A stretch of DNA of 64,000 bases. It comes from the human T2T-CHM13v2.0 reference genome, Homo sapiens. Position 1 is the stretch's first letter. Every line of letters begins with the position of its first letter. Both the position numbers and the translations under genes were made by a program. The notes beneath the pieces were generated by a model. That model was not told where the DNA came from, searched no databases, and worked only from the letters and a program-made list of their open reading frames with translations. The stretch lies in assembly GCF_009914755.1 (NCBI RefSeq), contig NC_060932.1; one strand, written 5' to 3'. Below, in pieces: positions 28,617 to 43,078 of this stretch.

Positions 28617-29050
28617 TTGTTTGTTTGTTGCCTCATTGCTCTGGCTAAGACTTGTAGTGCTATTTTAAATAGGAGTGGTAAGAGCAGTCATCCCGGCTTG
28701 TTCCTGATCTTTTATGATCTTAGAAGAAAAGCTTTCAGTTTTTCACCTGTAAGTATGGTGATAGCTTGGGCTTTTCATCAATGTCCTTTATTAAGTTGAA
28801 GTAATTTCCTTCTGGTTCGACTTTGTCGAGACTTTTTATTGTGATAGGGTGTTGAATTTTGTCAAACATTTATTCTGAATCTATTGAGATGATATGATTT
28901 ATCTCATGTGGTTTATTTTCTGTATTCTGTTAATGTGGTATATCACATTAATTGATATTTGTATGTTGGGCTATCCTTGAATCCCAGGGATAAATCCTAC
29001 TTTATCATGGTATATAATATTTTAAATTTATTTTGGGATTTGGTTTGCTA

Positions 29051-29347
29051 TTTTTTTTTGTTTCTGTTTTTGTTTTTTTGAGACAGAGTCTTGCTCTGTC
29101 ACCCAGGCTAGAGTGCAGTGGCATGATTTTGGCTCACTGAAGCCTCTGCCTCCCAGGTTCAAGTGATTCTCCTGCCTCAGCCTCCCGAGTAGCTGGGATT
29201 ACAGGTGCACGCCAGCACGCCCGGCTAATTTTTATATTTTTAGTAGAGACGAGGTTTCACCATGTTGGCCAGACTGGCCTCGAACTCCTGACTTCAGGTG
29301 TTCCACCCGCCTCGGCCTCCCAAAGTGCGAGGATTACATGCCTGGCT
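29051..29347 (-). mobile_element. AluSx-like
   Basis: Antisense dimer with a small deletion near the 5' end. Confidence 0.92.
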
Positions 29348-29590
29348 GGTTTGCTATGTTTTGTTGGCTATTTTAGCATCTGTATTCATCAGGGATATTT
29401 GTCTATAGTTGTTGTTCCTTTTTTTTCTTGTGATTCCTTTAAGTTTGGTATCAGAGTAATGCCTCACAAAATGAGCTTGAAGGTGTTGCCTTCTCCTCAA
29501 TTTATTAGAAGAGTTTGAGAAGAATTGGCATTAATTTATCTTCAAATATTTGGAATAATTCAACACTGGAGCTGTCCAGCCCTGGGCTTT

Positions 29591-30911
<1,321 letters not shown>

Positions 30912-32081
30912 CTATTAAATATATTTCTTTCAATTAGCTGAACTGGTAAAGTGAAGTTGTCCACTAGAAAGTTTTCATTTTCTGTGATAGGACCCAGATC
31001 ATTATTGACTGAACTCTAAATAGTTTTTGACAGATAACTGAGAAAAATCCACCTGAAGACAATTTTAGCTTAATAAATATTAATATGTTTGCAAGTTACT
31101 TAAAAACATCAATTTTTTTGAGACCTGGTCCTTATTTTGTACACACGCACACACACAGACACACAGACACACACACACAAATATGCTTTATAAAACAAAA
31201 CTATATCCTCGCACCTGCAACTTCTGGGTGGCAGTAACTTGACATTCGAACCCATGTGATGGAGATGTTAATTTTCTACTCTCTTTGGACACTGGAACAG
31301 ATGCTGTCTTAAACTTCAAAGGGATTTGACAACTTTTTGAGTTTCATTAATGAACAACAACTTTTCACAGCCAGTTTTTTTTTTTTTCTGAGAAAAAAAA
31401 CAACTAACAAAACATACAAAGGAAAAAGATCAATGAGGACCGAAGTAATTTTAGGGATAGAGAGGAAGTCAAATTCAAAACATTTTATCTTTCCCAGGAA
31501 ACTGGACTGCAGTATATTTATTGCCTTTTAAATCTGATGGTTCATCTTGTGGCCTCTCATCGTGGCAAGGGACGCAACTCATCTTGCTAAGATAGACTTT
31601 AGGAGATAATTTGTTAAAGTGCTTTATAAAAAGAGAAAAACAGAATTGATGATAAACATTTTTATTTTCTTTTGTGTGTGTTTTCTTTACTATCTTATCT
31701 ATTTCTGACTGTTTTGTTTAGCTCACATATTAATAACACAATTCTTACTGTTTAAAGAGAGTAGTTAAAGAAAAATAATAAAAATTCAATACTTTTGAGT
31801 ATTCCTTTAGAACAGGTAGGTTCTGAAGGGAAGAAAGTAAATCGAATAATGTTCTGACCCCCCAAACTTAAAAATTTTTCCAACTCTATTAGAAAATTTT
31901 ACGTGTGTAACACTAATTTATTACAGAGAATTTTTTTAAATCATGATGACTTATTTGTTAATATTGTACTCACAGTTGCAAATATCTTCAAGAGAAGCAG
32001 ATAAAAGATTTGGGTTCTAAGTGAGCTAGACATAGATTGAAATACCAGCTCCACTGTTGGATAGCCACATCATTTTATTAT

Positions 32082-32372
32082 TTTTTCTTTTCTTTTGGAG
32101 CAGGGTCTCACTGTCACTGAGGCTGGAGTGCAGTGGTGCAATCGTGGCTTACTGCAACCTCTGCCTCCTGGACTCAAGTAATCCTCTCACCTCAGCCTCC
32201 TGAGTAGCTGGGACTATAGGTGCACACCACCTCACCCAGCTAATTTTTGTATTTTTGTAGATACAGGTTTTGCCATGTTGCCCAGGCTGGTCTCGAACTC
32301 CTGAGCTCAGGCAGTCCCCCACCTTTACCTCCCAAAGTGCTGGGATTATAGGCACGAGCCACCACACTCAGT
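32082..32372 (-). mobile_element. AluJ
   Basis: Antisense diverged dimer. Confidence 0.9.
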
Positions 32373-33290
32373 CACTGCTGTGTCATTTTAAACAAGTAAC
32401 TTAAAACTTCCAGCTTTTGGTTTCTGCTTTTATAAAATGATGTGATAATAATGATCTATCGTGCCTTAATTAAAACTATTGGAACCCAGATGTGTTTTGG
32501 AATTTAGAAGAAAAACATTTTTATGTACAAACTTTTATTGAGACAATGGTTCAATATAATTTAGATGTTTATTAAACTCCTACTTACGCATTTTTTAGGC
32601 ACCATGAATAATGTAAAAATAAGTACAAATTGTCTTTGCTGTATAGGGTAGGCCCCTATTCTGTGTAATAGATGCAGATGACTGGAATGAGTTATTCAAT
32701 TTCATTATAGAGACATACAATTCTGTGGAAGCTCAGAGGGAGAAAATGAATTCTGATGGAGTGGGATAACTCAGGGAAAAGTAGGAAAGAGATGGTATTT
32801 GGACTTATTTTGTTTCTTCAATTTCTTAATTTTTCACGTTCCTTTTACTATTCTGTTTAGAATATTTGTCTTTTCTTTTCTCTTTTGTGAAAATTGTAAC
32901 AGTAGTCCCATTCATGTCATTACAAATTCAAACCCTGGGTGGATGGCACTAAAGTATTTGTATCAGCTAAGCCCTACTTCAGGCTAAAAACACTAAACAT
33001 CACAGCCAGTGGTGATACTAAACTTGAAAGGTTACAAGTGTACCTGATTAACCTTATTATTATTAATTATATATGTTTTCCAATTTAATGGTCTTATGAA
33101 GATAGCATTATTAAGGTATAGTTTACATACCATAAAATGTATTTGTTTTTAAGTTGATCTTCAGTAAATTTACAGAGGTATATAGCTATCACCACAACCC
33201 AGTTATTAAACATTTCCCTCATCCTGAAAAGAGAGAATGTAGAAGTTTTGAACGATAGAAAGTCAATGAGGTGCAAACACTGTATATCAT

Positions 33291-33716
33291 CTGTGTCGGT
33301 CCATTCTTACATTGCTGAAAAGAAATACCTGAGACTGGGTAATTTATAAAGAAAGAGGTTTAATTGGCTCATGATTCAGCAGGCTATACAGGAAGCATAA
33401 TGCTGGCATTTGCTCGGCTTCTGAAGAGACCTCAGGAAACTTACAATCATGGTGGAAGGTAAAGTGGGAGCAGCCATTTCACACGGCTGGAGCAGAAGAA
33501 AGAGAGAAAGGTGGGGAAATGCTACACAGTTTTCAAAAAACAGATCTTATGAGAACTCACTCATTATTGCACGAACAGCACCAAAAGGATGGTGCTAAGC
33601 CATTCATGTGAAACTGCCTCTATGATCCAATCACCTCCCACCAGGCCCTACCTCCAACATTGGGGATTACAATTGAACATGAAATTTGGGTGGGGACACA
33701 GATCCAAATCATATAA
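33291..33716 (-). mobile_element. MST-type MaLR solo LTR
   Basis: gaaatacctgagactgggtaatttataaagaaagaggtttaattggctca...tttgggtggggacacagatccaaa. Confidence 0.88.
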
Positions 33717-33796
33717 TTATCTAACAATGTAATAATGCATATTAACATTCTCAAGTGATTTGGGACAGTACTGCATTATAAAGGATATTGCTCTCA

Positions 33797-34068
33797 TCTG
33801 TAATCCCAGCTACTCCAGAAGCTGGGGAGGTAGGAGGATGGCTTGAGACCAGGAGTTCAAGACCAGCCTAGGTAACATGGCGAGACCCTCTCTCTAAGAA
33901 AATTAAAAAAAGAAATTAGTAGGGCATGGTGGCCTGCTGCTGTAGTCCCAGCTACTCAGGAAGTTGAGGCAGGAGGATCGCTTGAGGCGAGGAGTTCCAG
34001 CCAGCAGTTATGATTGTGCCACTGCACTCCAGCCTGGGCAACGGAACAAGGCTCTAATTTCTAAAGAA
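33797..34068 (+). mobile_element. AluJ (5' truncated)
   Basis: Diverged sense dimer. Confidence 0.85.
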
Positions 34069-35101
34069 AGACAACCAAAGATATTATTAATATTTCTGTA
34101 GTGAATTAGATAAATATTCACACTAAATGGAATAAAGTATGTCTACAAATAGCTTTATGTCAATCAAGGCAGATTTTGCCTCTAGGGGAGTTCAAGTCAT
34201 CCAATTAATTTTGAAATGCTTTCGGTGTTTGGAGCTTCTTTGATTTTGAAATTGCACCTAAGGTATCGTGGACCTGTAATATTCACATTAAAATCATTGT
34301 GAGAGTTACAGAGTAAAGTGCTTAGCACCGTGCTGCATACATAGCAGGCTCAATCTCACTGTATATATGTATATGTTGATAATTAATTAAACCACCATAT
34401 TAGAAAGCATGTGGTATAGTTTCAAAAGCACTGTCTGTGTGGCAAGGAGACTAAGTTCCAGGACCCACTGTCTTGTAAACTGGTGTGAGATATCAGGGTA
34501 AGATGAAGCTAACATTTGATACTTGTGAATGAATCAACACTTTGCATGTGTTAGTTTAATCTTTATATCAAGATTATATGCCATAGATATGCTTTATTAT
34601 TCCCATTTTATACATAATGAAACAGAGGCACAGAAAGTTTAAGCAACTTGCCTAAAATCACAGAGCAAGTGGTGGAGGAGAAACTCCAACCTAGGCATTC
34701 TGATTCCAGAGCCCATCTCTAAAATGCCAGGCTGTATTTGCTAAGTCCGGTTAACATTGCTGAAATTCTCTGAGCCCTGGTCTTCTAACTCTTGAAATAG
34801 AGAGGTAACAAAAGTGCAGATTTTAATTTACTTAATGCTACAAACTCATAGTGTTCTGGAACTGAAAGGGATCACAGGGCATATATAGTCCAAATTAACA
34901 TTTTGGATGAATGAAACTAAGGTCTAATATTAAGCAACCTCCTCATGGTGACACAATTAATGAACAACCTAAATCCTAGGTCCTCCAGCTTCTGGAAAGA
35001 CAATCTTTGTTGAATCTCCAAAACATCATCTAATAAGAATATACATATTAACATGGTCAGATACAATAGTCCTACTTTCATGTTTAGAAAATAAATAATG
35101 A

Positions 35102-35409
35102 GGCCAGATGTGGTGGCTCATGCCTGTAATCCCAGCACCTTGGGAGGCCGAGGAGGGCGGATCACTTGAGGTCAGGAGTTCGAAACCAGCCTGGCCAACA
35201 TGGTGAAACCCCGACTCTACTAAAAATACAAAAATTAGCCAGGCATGGTGGCAAACACCTATAATCCCAGCTACTCAGGAGGCGAGGCATGAGAATTGCT
35301 TGAACCCTGGAGGCGGAGGTTGCAGTGAGTTGAGATCGCACCACTGCACTCCAGTCTGGGTGACAGAGTGAGACTCTGTTTCAAACAAATAAAAAATAAA
35401 TAAATAAAG
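35102..35409 (+). mobile_element. AluSx/Sz
   Basis: Sense dimer with (TAAA)n tail. Confidence 0.93.
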
Positions 35410-36145
35410 AGCACATTAATCTCTATACTAATAGAGGCATATTGTAGATAGAAGTAGGTATAGAATAGACATAGCTGATATACAGTAGATGAAGGTCTAG
35501 AGTGCAGGAGGTATGGAGTAGTATATAGTAGATAGAGGTAGAGAGTAGGTTCAGAGTAGGTAATACGGAAATATTAAGAGAGCGCGGTGGAAACACTGAG
35601 ACAGGGTCATTCATCCTTCTGATAGTGTGTGGGGCAAATAGAAAACACAGAGAGGAAGTAACTTTTGAACTCTTGAAAAATAAATAGAAGTGGCTTTGAA
35701 GACAAGCAGGCCGATTGAGACAGTGAAAAATGGTTGTTCAAGTTGCAGATCCAGGATAGCCATCTCAAAGCCACTGTCTACCCTCCTGGTTCATAACCTT
35801 TAGGCCACCTGAGCGCCAAGCTGGAAGTTTATGTGATCAATGTAGGACTCCACACTCCATTTGGGAATTACAATCCTTAGCCTTTTAAGTGTCAAAATTA
35901 ATAGAATGTTTTGGTTAACTGCAGTTTCAGAAACATAATTTTTATTTGCTTTGAGTGCCCAACTTCCTGCCATCAATAGTTAGAAGATATTTTTAATTCT
36001 TTCAGCTTGTTTCTTCTAAATAAAGGAGAAAGGACGGCACCCATTTCTTATCTTTACATCAAGAAAAGTGTGGAAACTTAACATACCTTTTAGCAATAAA
36101 AAGAAATGTTTATTGAGTATTTGTAGGAATCAGGCAGTGTGCTAA

Positions 36146-36457
<312 letters not shown>

Positions 36458-36625
36458 TCATTTTCTATTTTAATTCTCATGACCACTTTATGAGAGAGGT
36501 ACCAATAGTATCCCAGATAATTGGGAAGCATAGAGAGACTGAGAATACGTTCAGTTGTATAACCCTGAGAAAGTTGCTTAATTTTTAGACCTCAAAGGAG
36601 GTACAGACTCATGCAGTGCATTAGT

Positions 36626-38485
36626 TAATATGGTTTGGCTGTGTCCCCAGCCAAATCTCACCTTGAATTGTAATAATCCCCACATGGCAAGGACGGGGCC
36701 ACATGCAGATAACTGAATCATGGGGGTGGTTTCTCCCATACTGTTCTCCTGGTAGTGAGTAAGTCTCATAAGATCTGAGGCTTTTACAAATGAGAGCTCG
36801 CTGTACAAGCTCTCTTCCCTGCCACCATGTAAGACAGGACTTTGCTCCTCATTCACCTTTTACCATGATTGTGAGGTCTCCCCAGCGATGTGGAAGTGTG
36901 AGTCAATTAAACCTCTTCCCTTTATAAATTACCTAGTCTTAGTGTGTCTGGTGGGTTCTTGGTCTCACTGACTTCAAGAATGAAGCCACGGACCCTCGCA
37001 GTGAGTGTTATAGTTCTTAAAGGCGACGTTTCAGGAGTTCGTTCCTTCTGATATTCGGATGTGTACGGAGTTTCTTCCTTCTGGTGGGTTCGTGGTCTTG
37101 CTGGCTCAGGAGTGAAGCTGCAGACCTTCTCGGTGTTACAGCTCTTAAGGTGGTGCATCTGGAGTTGTTCGTTCCTCCTGGTGGGTTCATGGTCTCGCTG
37201 GTTTCAGGAGTGAAGCTGCAGACCTTCACGGTGAGTGTTACAGCTCATAAAAGCAGTGTGGATCCAAAGACTGAACAGCAGCAAGATTTACTGCAGAGCG
37301 AAAGAACAAACCTTCCACACTGGAAGGGGACCAGAGCAGTTTGCCACTGCTGGCTTGCGCAGCCTGCTTTTATTCTCTTATCTGGCCCTACCCACATCCT
37401 GCTGATTGGTCCATTTTACAGAGAGTGGATTGGTCTGTTTTACAGAGAGCTGATTGGTCCCTTTTGACAGGGTGCTGATTCGTGTGTTTACAAAACCTGA
37501 GCTAGACACAAGAGTTCTCCATGTCCCCACTAGATTAGCTAGATACAGAGTGCTGATTGGTGTATTTACAAACCCTGAGCTAGATAGAGAGTGCCAATTG
37601 GTGCATTCACAATCCCTTAGCTAGACATAAAGATTCTCCAAGTCCCCACCAGATTAACTAGATGCAGAGTGCCGATTGGGGCATTCACAAAACCTGAGCT
37701 AGACACAGGGTGCTGATTGGTGTGTTTACAAACCTTGAGCTAGATACAGAGTGCTGATTGGTGTATTTACAATCCCTTAGCTAGACATAAAGATTCTCCA
37801 AGTCCCCACCAGACTCAAGAGCCCAGCTGGCTTCACCCAGTAGATCACACACCGGGGCTGCAGGTGGAGCTGCCTGCCAGTCCCGCGCTGGGCCCCTGCA
37901 CTCCTCAGCTCTTGGGCGGTTGATGGGACTGGGAGCCGTGGAACGGGGAGCGGCGCTTGTCTGGGAGGCTGGGGCTGCGCAGGAGCCCCCGGCGGGGGCG
38001 GGGACGGGGGCGGGGCGGGGGCGACGAGGAGGCTCAGGCGTGGCGGGCTGCAGGTCCTGAGTCCTGCCCTGCACGGAGGCACTTAAGGCCTATCAAGAAA
38101 TCGAGCACAGCAGCTGCTGACCCAGGTGCTAAGCCTCTCACTGCCCCGGGCTTGCGGGCTGGCTGCTCTGAGTGCGGGGCCCGCCAAGCCTACGCCCACC
38201 CGGAACTCGCGCTGGCCCGCAAGCGCTGCGCGCAGTCCCGGGTCCCGCCCGCGCTTCTCGCTCTACACCTCCCCGCAAGCTGGGGGAGCCGGCTCCAGCC
38301 TTGGCCAGCCCAGAAAGGGGCTCCCACAGTGCAGCGGCGGGCTGAAGGGCCCCTCAAGCGCGGCCAGAGTGGGCGCCAAGGCGGAGGAGGCGCCAAGAGC
38401 CAGCGAGGGCTGTGAGGGCAGCCAGCATGCTGTCACCTCTCATTAGGTATGTCTTTATTAGAAGTGTAAGAACAGACAAATACAC
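36626..38485 (+). mobile_element. THE1 MaLR solo LTR split by LTR12C (36626-36942 and 38443-38485)
   Basis: atatggtttggctgtgtcccc...ataaattacctagtcttag | gtatgtctttattagaagtgtaagaacagacaaataca. Confidence 0.9.
36943..38442 (-). mobile_element. LTR12C (ERV9) solo LTR, full length
   Basis: Minus strand starts TGAGAGGTGACAGC and ends ...AACCCACCAGACACA; 4-bp TSD TTAG (36939-36942, 38443-38446); CCAAT repeat array 37400-37800; AATAAAA TATA-equivalent at 37374-37368. Confidence 0.95.
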
Positions 38486-38719
38486 TAGTCTTCAAGGGGC
38501 GTTTTCAAAATGTGATGAGTTCATTTACAATTATTCACACAATGTTAATATGGCTTATAATTTTCTCATTGTAACATGTATTTTATGTCAATTGAGATAT
38601 TATTTCAAAATACTACTTTATATGGAATGAATAAGAGTGTTTACTTTCAAGACATTAAAAATCAGAAGGAGGTCCATATGCATTTAAAAAAATTAAAATA
38701 TAATACCAATGTGCATGGA

Positions 38720-39002
38720 GTTTTGTTTTGCTTTGTTTTGAGACAGAATCTTGCTCTGTCACCTGGGCTGGAGTGCAGTGGTGCAATATCAGCTCACTGC
38801 AACCTCTGCCTCCTGAGTTCAAGGGATCCGTGCCTCAGTCTCCTGAGTAGATGGGATTACACCTGCACATCACCACACCCTGCTAATTTTTGTATTTTTC
38901 CTAGAGACGGGGTTTCACCATGTTGGCCAGCCTGGTCTTGAACTGCCCGCCTTGGCCTCCCAAAGTGCTGGGATTACAGGCATGAGCCACTTCACCCAGC
39001 CC
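38720..39002 (-). mobile_element. AluS with internal deletion
   Basis: Antisense dimer lacking the cctgacctc...gatc segment. Confidence 0.9.
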
Positions 39003-39050
39003 ACATAGATATTTTAATTGTGCAAATATTTTTTAGAAATGTAATGGGAG

Positions 39051-39389
<339 letters not shown>

Positions 39390-40583
39390 TCATTAAACAT
39401 TTTCTTTTAAGTATTACTTTTACAAAAGATTTATATTAGAAGGTTTTTTTTTTAAAAAGTTCTTTAAAAACTTTTAAGTGCACAAAAACTAAAGCACATG
39501 TGAACAACACGGACTTATTTCCATTCTGCTTGCTTTCAAATCCAAACTTAGGGAAAAGGCTAAGCTCTCCCAGAAGATGCTTTCAGAAGTAAAGGCATCT
39601 GTAAAATTAGGGCAGTTCATGCATATTCCAGGCAGCTTGTTGATTACACCAAAACTTGTGTTCAGTTCATCAGCTCACTCCTAAAAAAGAATAGAGACTT
39701 TACAAAACCGAGAATAAGGTGAGGAGTCTTAGTACTGATTTGCCTGTCTCTACAATACTGCTTTTAAATCCGTTTATAATCACTCTTAAGTCAGCCCCAC
39801 CCCATTCAATCCTATTTATTGTTTTAACTACAAATTTCTAGAAACGAAACTGACAATACACTTCCAGTAAGATGTAATGAGACTAAATTGTCAAATTAAC
39901 AAGGCAGTGAGACACAGCAAAGGCAAATGATTTCACAAGCTGCTGTCAATTCCAGCTAAATCAATCCAGTGTATCCAATGGAATGGAACAGAGGCCTGCT
40001 GTGTTCTCTACTCTGGGAGATAAACAATGAAGATGACTTGGTTGACAGGAAGTCTCTAATCTAATACAGATAAGCCATAGAAGCCAGCCAAGTAGTTATA
40101 TTCAGTGCTGCCAGGGAGGTGTGAGCAGGTTGTCACGGAATAGTGGAAGTTGGGGAGACGTATTTAGAAGGGAGAGAAGGGGACTGTGGGAGGCAGGTGG
40201 CTGGAGAATCCAGAAGACATGATGATGATCTGTGTATTCAGTTTGAATCTTGAAAGGAGGATAGGATTTCTAAAAGTTGAAAAGGAAGTGGCATTCAAAA
40301 TGAAATAAAGTGCCTGTACAAAGGCATTGTTATCAAAACAGGAAAGTGTGGTTTGGCTGGGGTGCCCTTTTGTGAAGGGTCAGAGGAGGGAGCTGTCCAT
40401 CTAAACCTCTTTGTAAAAGCCTTGAGCTAGCTCATCTAATCCTTGATCTAGAGGGTAAATAATATCAAATTACCTGTGCATTTTCTGCCAATTATATGTG
40501 ATACTTTAAGAGTTATGTAGTTATAATGACTATAAATATGTAAAATTTTTACATATGCAACCTGCTAAGCATTTTACATTTTA

Positions 40584-40945
<362 letters not shown>

Positions 40946-40954
40946 CTACACACA

Positions 40955-41387
40955 CAAAATTTCAGCAAATTGAATTTAAAGATCTAATTGGCCTTTGTTA
41001 GCTATTTATGCACTGGGCAGCGTTTCTTCTAAAGATTTAGATAAGGAACTCCTACGGACATGGCAGAATGGTTGGTTTTTATCAGATAGCTTGAGCAGGA
41101 ATAAGGAAATGCATAATACAAGAAGCAGATTGGCTGACATCAGGTTATTTCTGGTTATTTTCCTTATTAGTGTTAAAGCAGAGGGGATTTCCTCATTCAT
41201 GCTGGCTAAAACTGGCCTGTGTGGGAATTTGGCTATGATCTGTCTCCTGATTTCTCAGAAGATCAGATAAACAATGTGGTTTTGGTCTGATGATGTGGAA
41301 TCTTAGCGTAAGTGGCTCCATTTTGATTTTGTCCGTTCTGTTGGGGCTCAGCCCAAAACAATGACCTCCCATAAATTTCAGTTCACA
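40955..41387 (-). mobile_element. ERV1-class LTR (subfamily uncertain)
   Basis: aatttaaagatctaattggc...ggctccattttgatttt...cataaatttcagttcaca resembles MER4-group LTRs. Confidence 0.55.
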
Positions 41388-42947
41388 ATCCTCAACACAG
41401 CAGGGAGGAAGGTTCCACCGTTAACTCTATTTTCCAGATAAGGAAATCGAGATGAAAAAGGTTAAGTAACCTGTCTGAGGTCCAAAGGTAGCAAGAAGAT
41501 TTCAGATTCTAAAGTCACATGCCTAACTCTTCATATGTACTGAATGTGTATTACATGTCTGGCTTTTTGCTCAACAGTGGAATTATGTAAATGACTAAGA
41601 CTGACAGTCTGTCCTCTCTGGGACCTTTTCTTGTGTACCCAATGATGTACCAGTTTAGTTCAGGTAGTGTAATAAAGAGAAATAAAGCCAGTAACAAAAA
41701 GCCAGTAATAAAAGGAATCTTAATGTTCGTTAATCGCAACTGATTAAGTAGTTAAAAAGGAGAGGGGGAGAAACCTGCCTGGAAAGAGAGCAGAGAAAAG
41801 AGAGGTAAAAATATCTGTGTGTCTATGATAGGATGAGCTAACCAGACTAATGGTAATGTAGTGTTTATGATAGGACATCCTGGAGAATAAAGAATAATTG
41901 TATGTATTAAATACCTGATACACTGAAAGCTACATGTTATAACGTGTATTAGTTTTTATAATTCTCATGACAAGCTTATGAAGTGGGTATATAATGGTCC
42001 TATTTTATAAATATGAAGAACATGAGGTGGGTATATAATGATTCCATTTTATAAATAAGAAAAATATAAGGTTTGATTGGTAACTTGTGACCATATATAA
42101 AACAGTAAAATCTGTCATGATCATGTCTCTTCCCTCCCTTTAACTAGTAACCTTAGTTAAAACTTTCTGCTGCAGATTAGCAATAAGTATTTGAAACCAC
42201 GGCAACCCCAGAAACATTTAGAACACAATAAATGTATGTGGGATGCAAGTGTATCCAAGAACACAGTGTAATTCGGGACAAGAAGGTTTGAGCAGCACTT
42301 CGTTGGAGGATTCAAGAGCTTAAGTGAAGGCTTGAATAAGAGCTCCCAGGTAGACAAGCTAGGCTTTCTTCAAAAACGGAAAAAACAGTTTCTCTGTAAA
42401 GTTGGCAATCTGTAGAGAAAGGATTCAGCGAGTTACCCTCTCAACTTCAATTTTGCAATTTGTCTTTCTGGTACTTAACAACAACAGCAACAATAATTAC
42501 TATTTGTTGAGCACCAACAGGGCAAAATGCTATGTTGACTTCTTTTCATACCTCACCTGGAATCCTTTCAATTCAGGTGAGAATCATCTTCTGTTTTGTA
42601 GATGAAAAAGCTGTGGCTCAGAGACTTTATGTGGCTTGCCCAATTTGCTAAGGGTTAATAGAGCCAAGATTAAACTCATATTTTTTTTTTCCATTAGACC
42701 ATCTTATAGTCATCTGATTCTTATTTCTTCTTACCATGAGAAACCAATGGACCACACTGAGCTGATGTGATTCCAGTCAAAAGCAGATAAATTGTGCGTC
42801 AGTTGACATGCAGCCTTGTTTATGCTAAAAGTGGCGAGAAATAGCTGGGTTTCCTGAGGTACTGAAATTGGTGTTGGATCTCTATCCTTCTCCATTAGTG
42901 ATTTGTATTGGGACTAGATTTTAAACATTTCTCTGTGTTTTGATTTA

Positions 42948-43078
42948 ATCATCTGTAACACAAGGCTGTTGGATTAGAAATCTAAAATCCATCACAGCTC
43001 TGTGATGGTTTGACTCTTAGCTTCTATCTTCTGTTTCCTACAGGACTAAACACCTCAATAGCCTAGGTGTTATGGATT
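42948..43078 (+). repeat. ~130-bp dispersed direct repeat, copy 1
   Basis: Matches 45109-45236. Confidence 0.92.

Larger units (their letters stand above)
26346..29590 (-). mobile_element. L1M-type ORF2 (antisense), interrupted by SVA, Alu head, an L1P 3' end and an Alu
   Basis: Antisense ORF2 landmarks such as ggtcttacatttaaa and ttgattttatatcctgcaa; ends at the KSPG-like aaaagcccagggctggacagc. Confidence 0.85.

Noticed and set aside
32455-34280. Possible fragmented Tigger/MER46-type element around the MST LTR and AluJ
   Set aside because: Resemblance too weak to set family or boundaries by eye.
36922-38446. ORFs up to 152 aa and a CpG-island-like patch
   Set aside because: Entirely within LTR12C; not a host gene.
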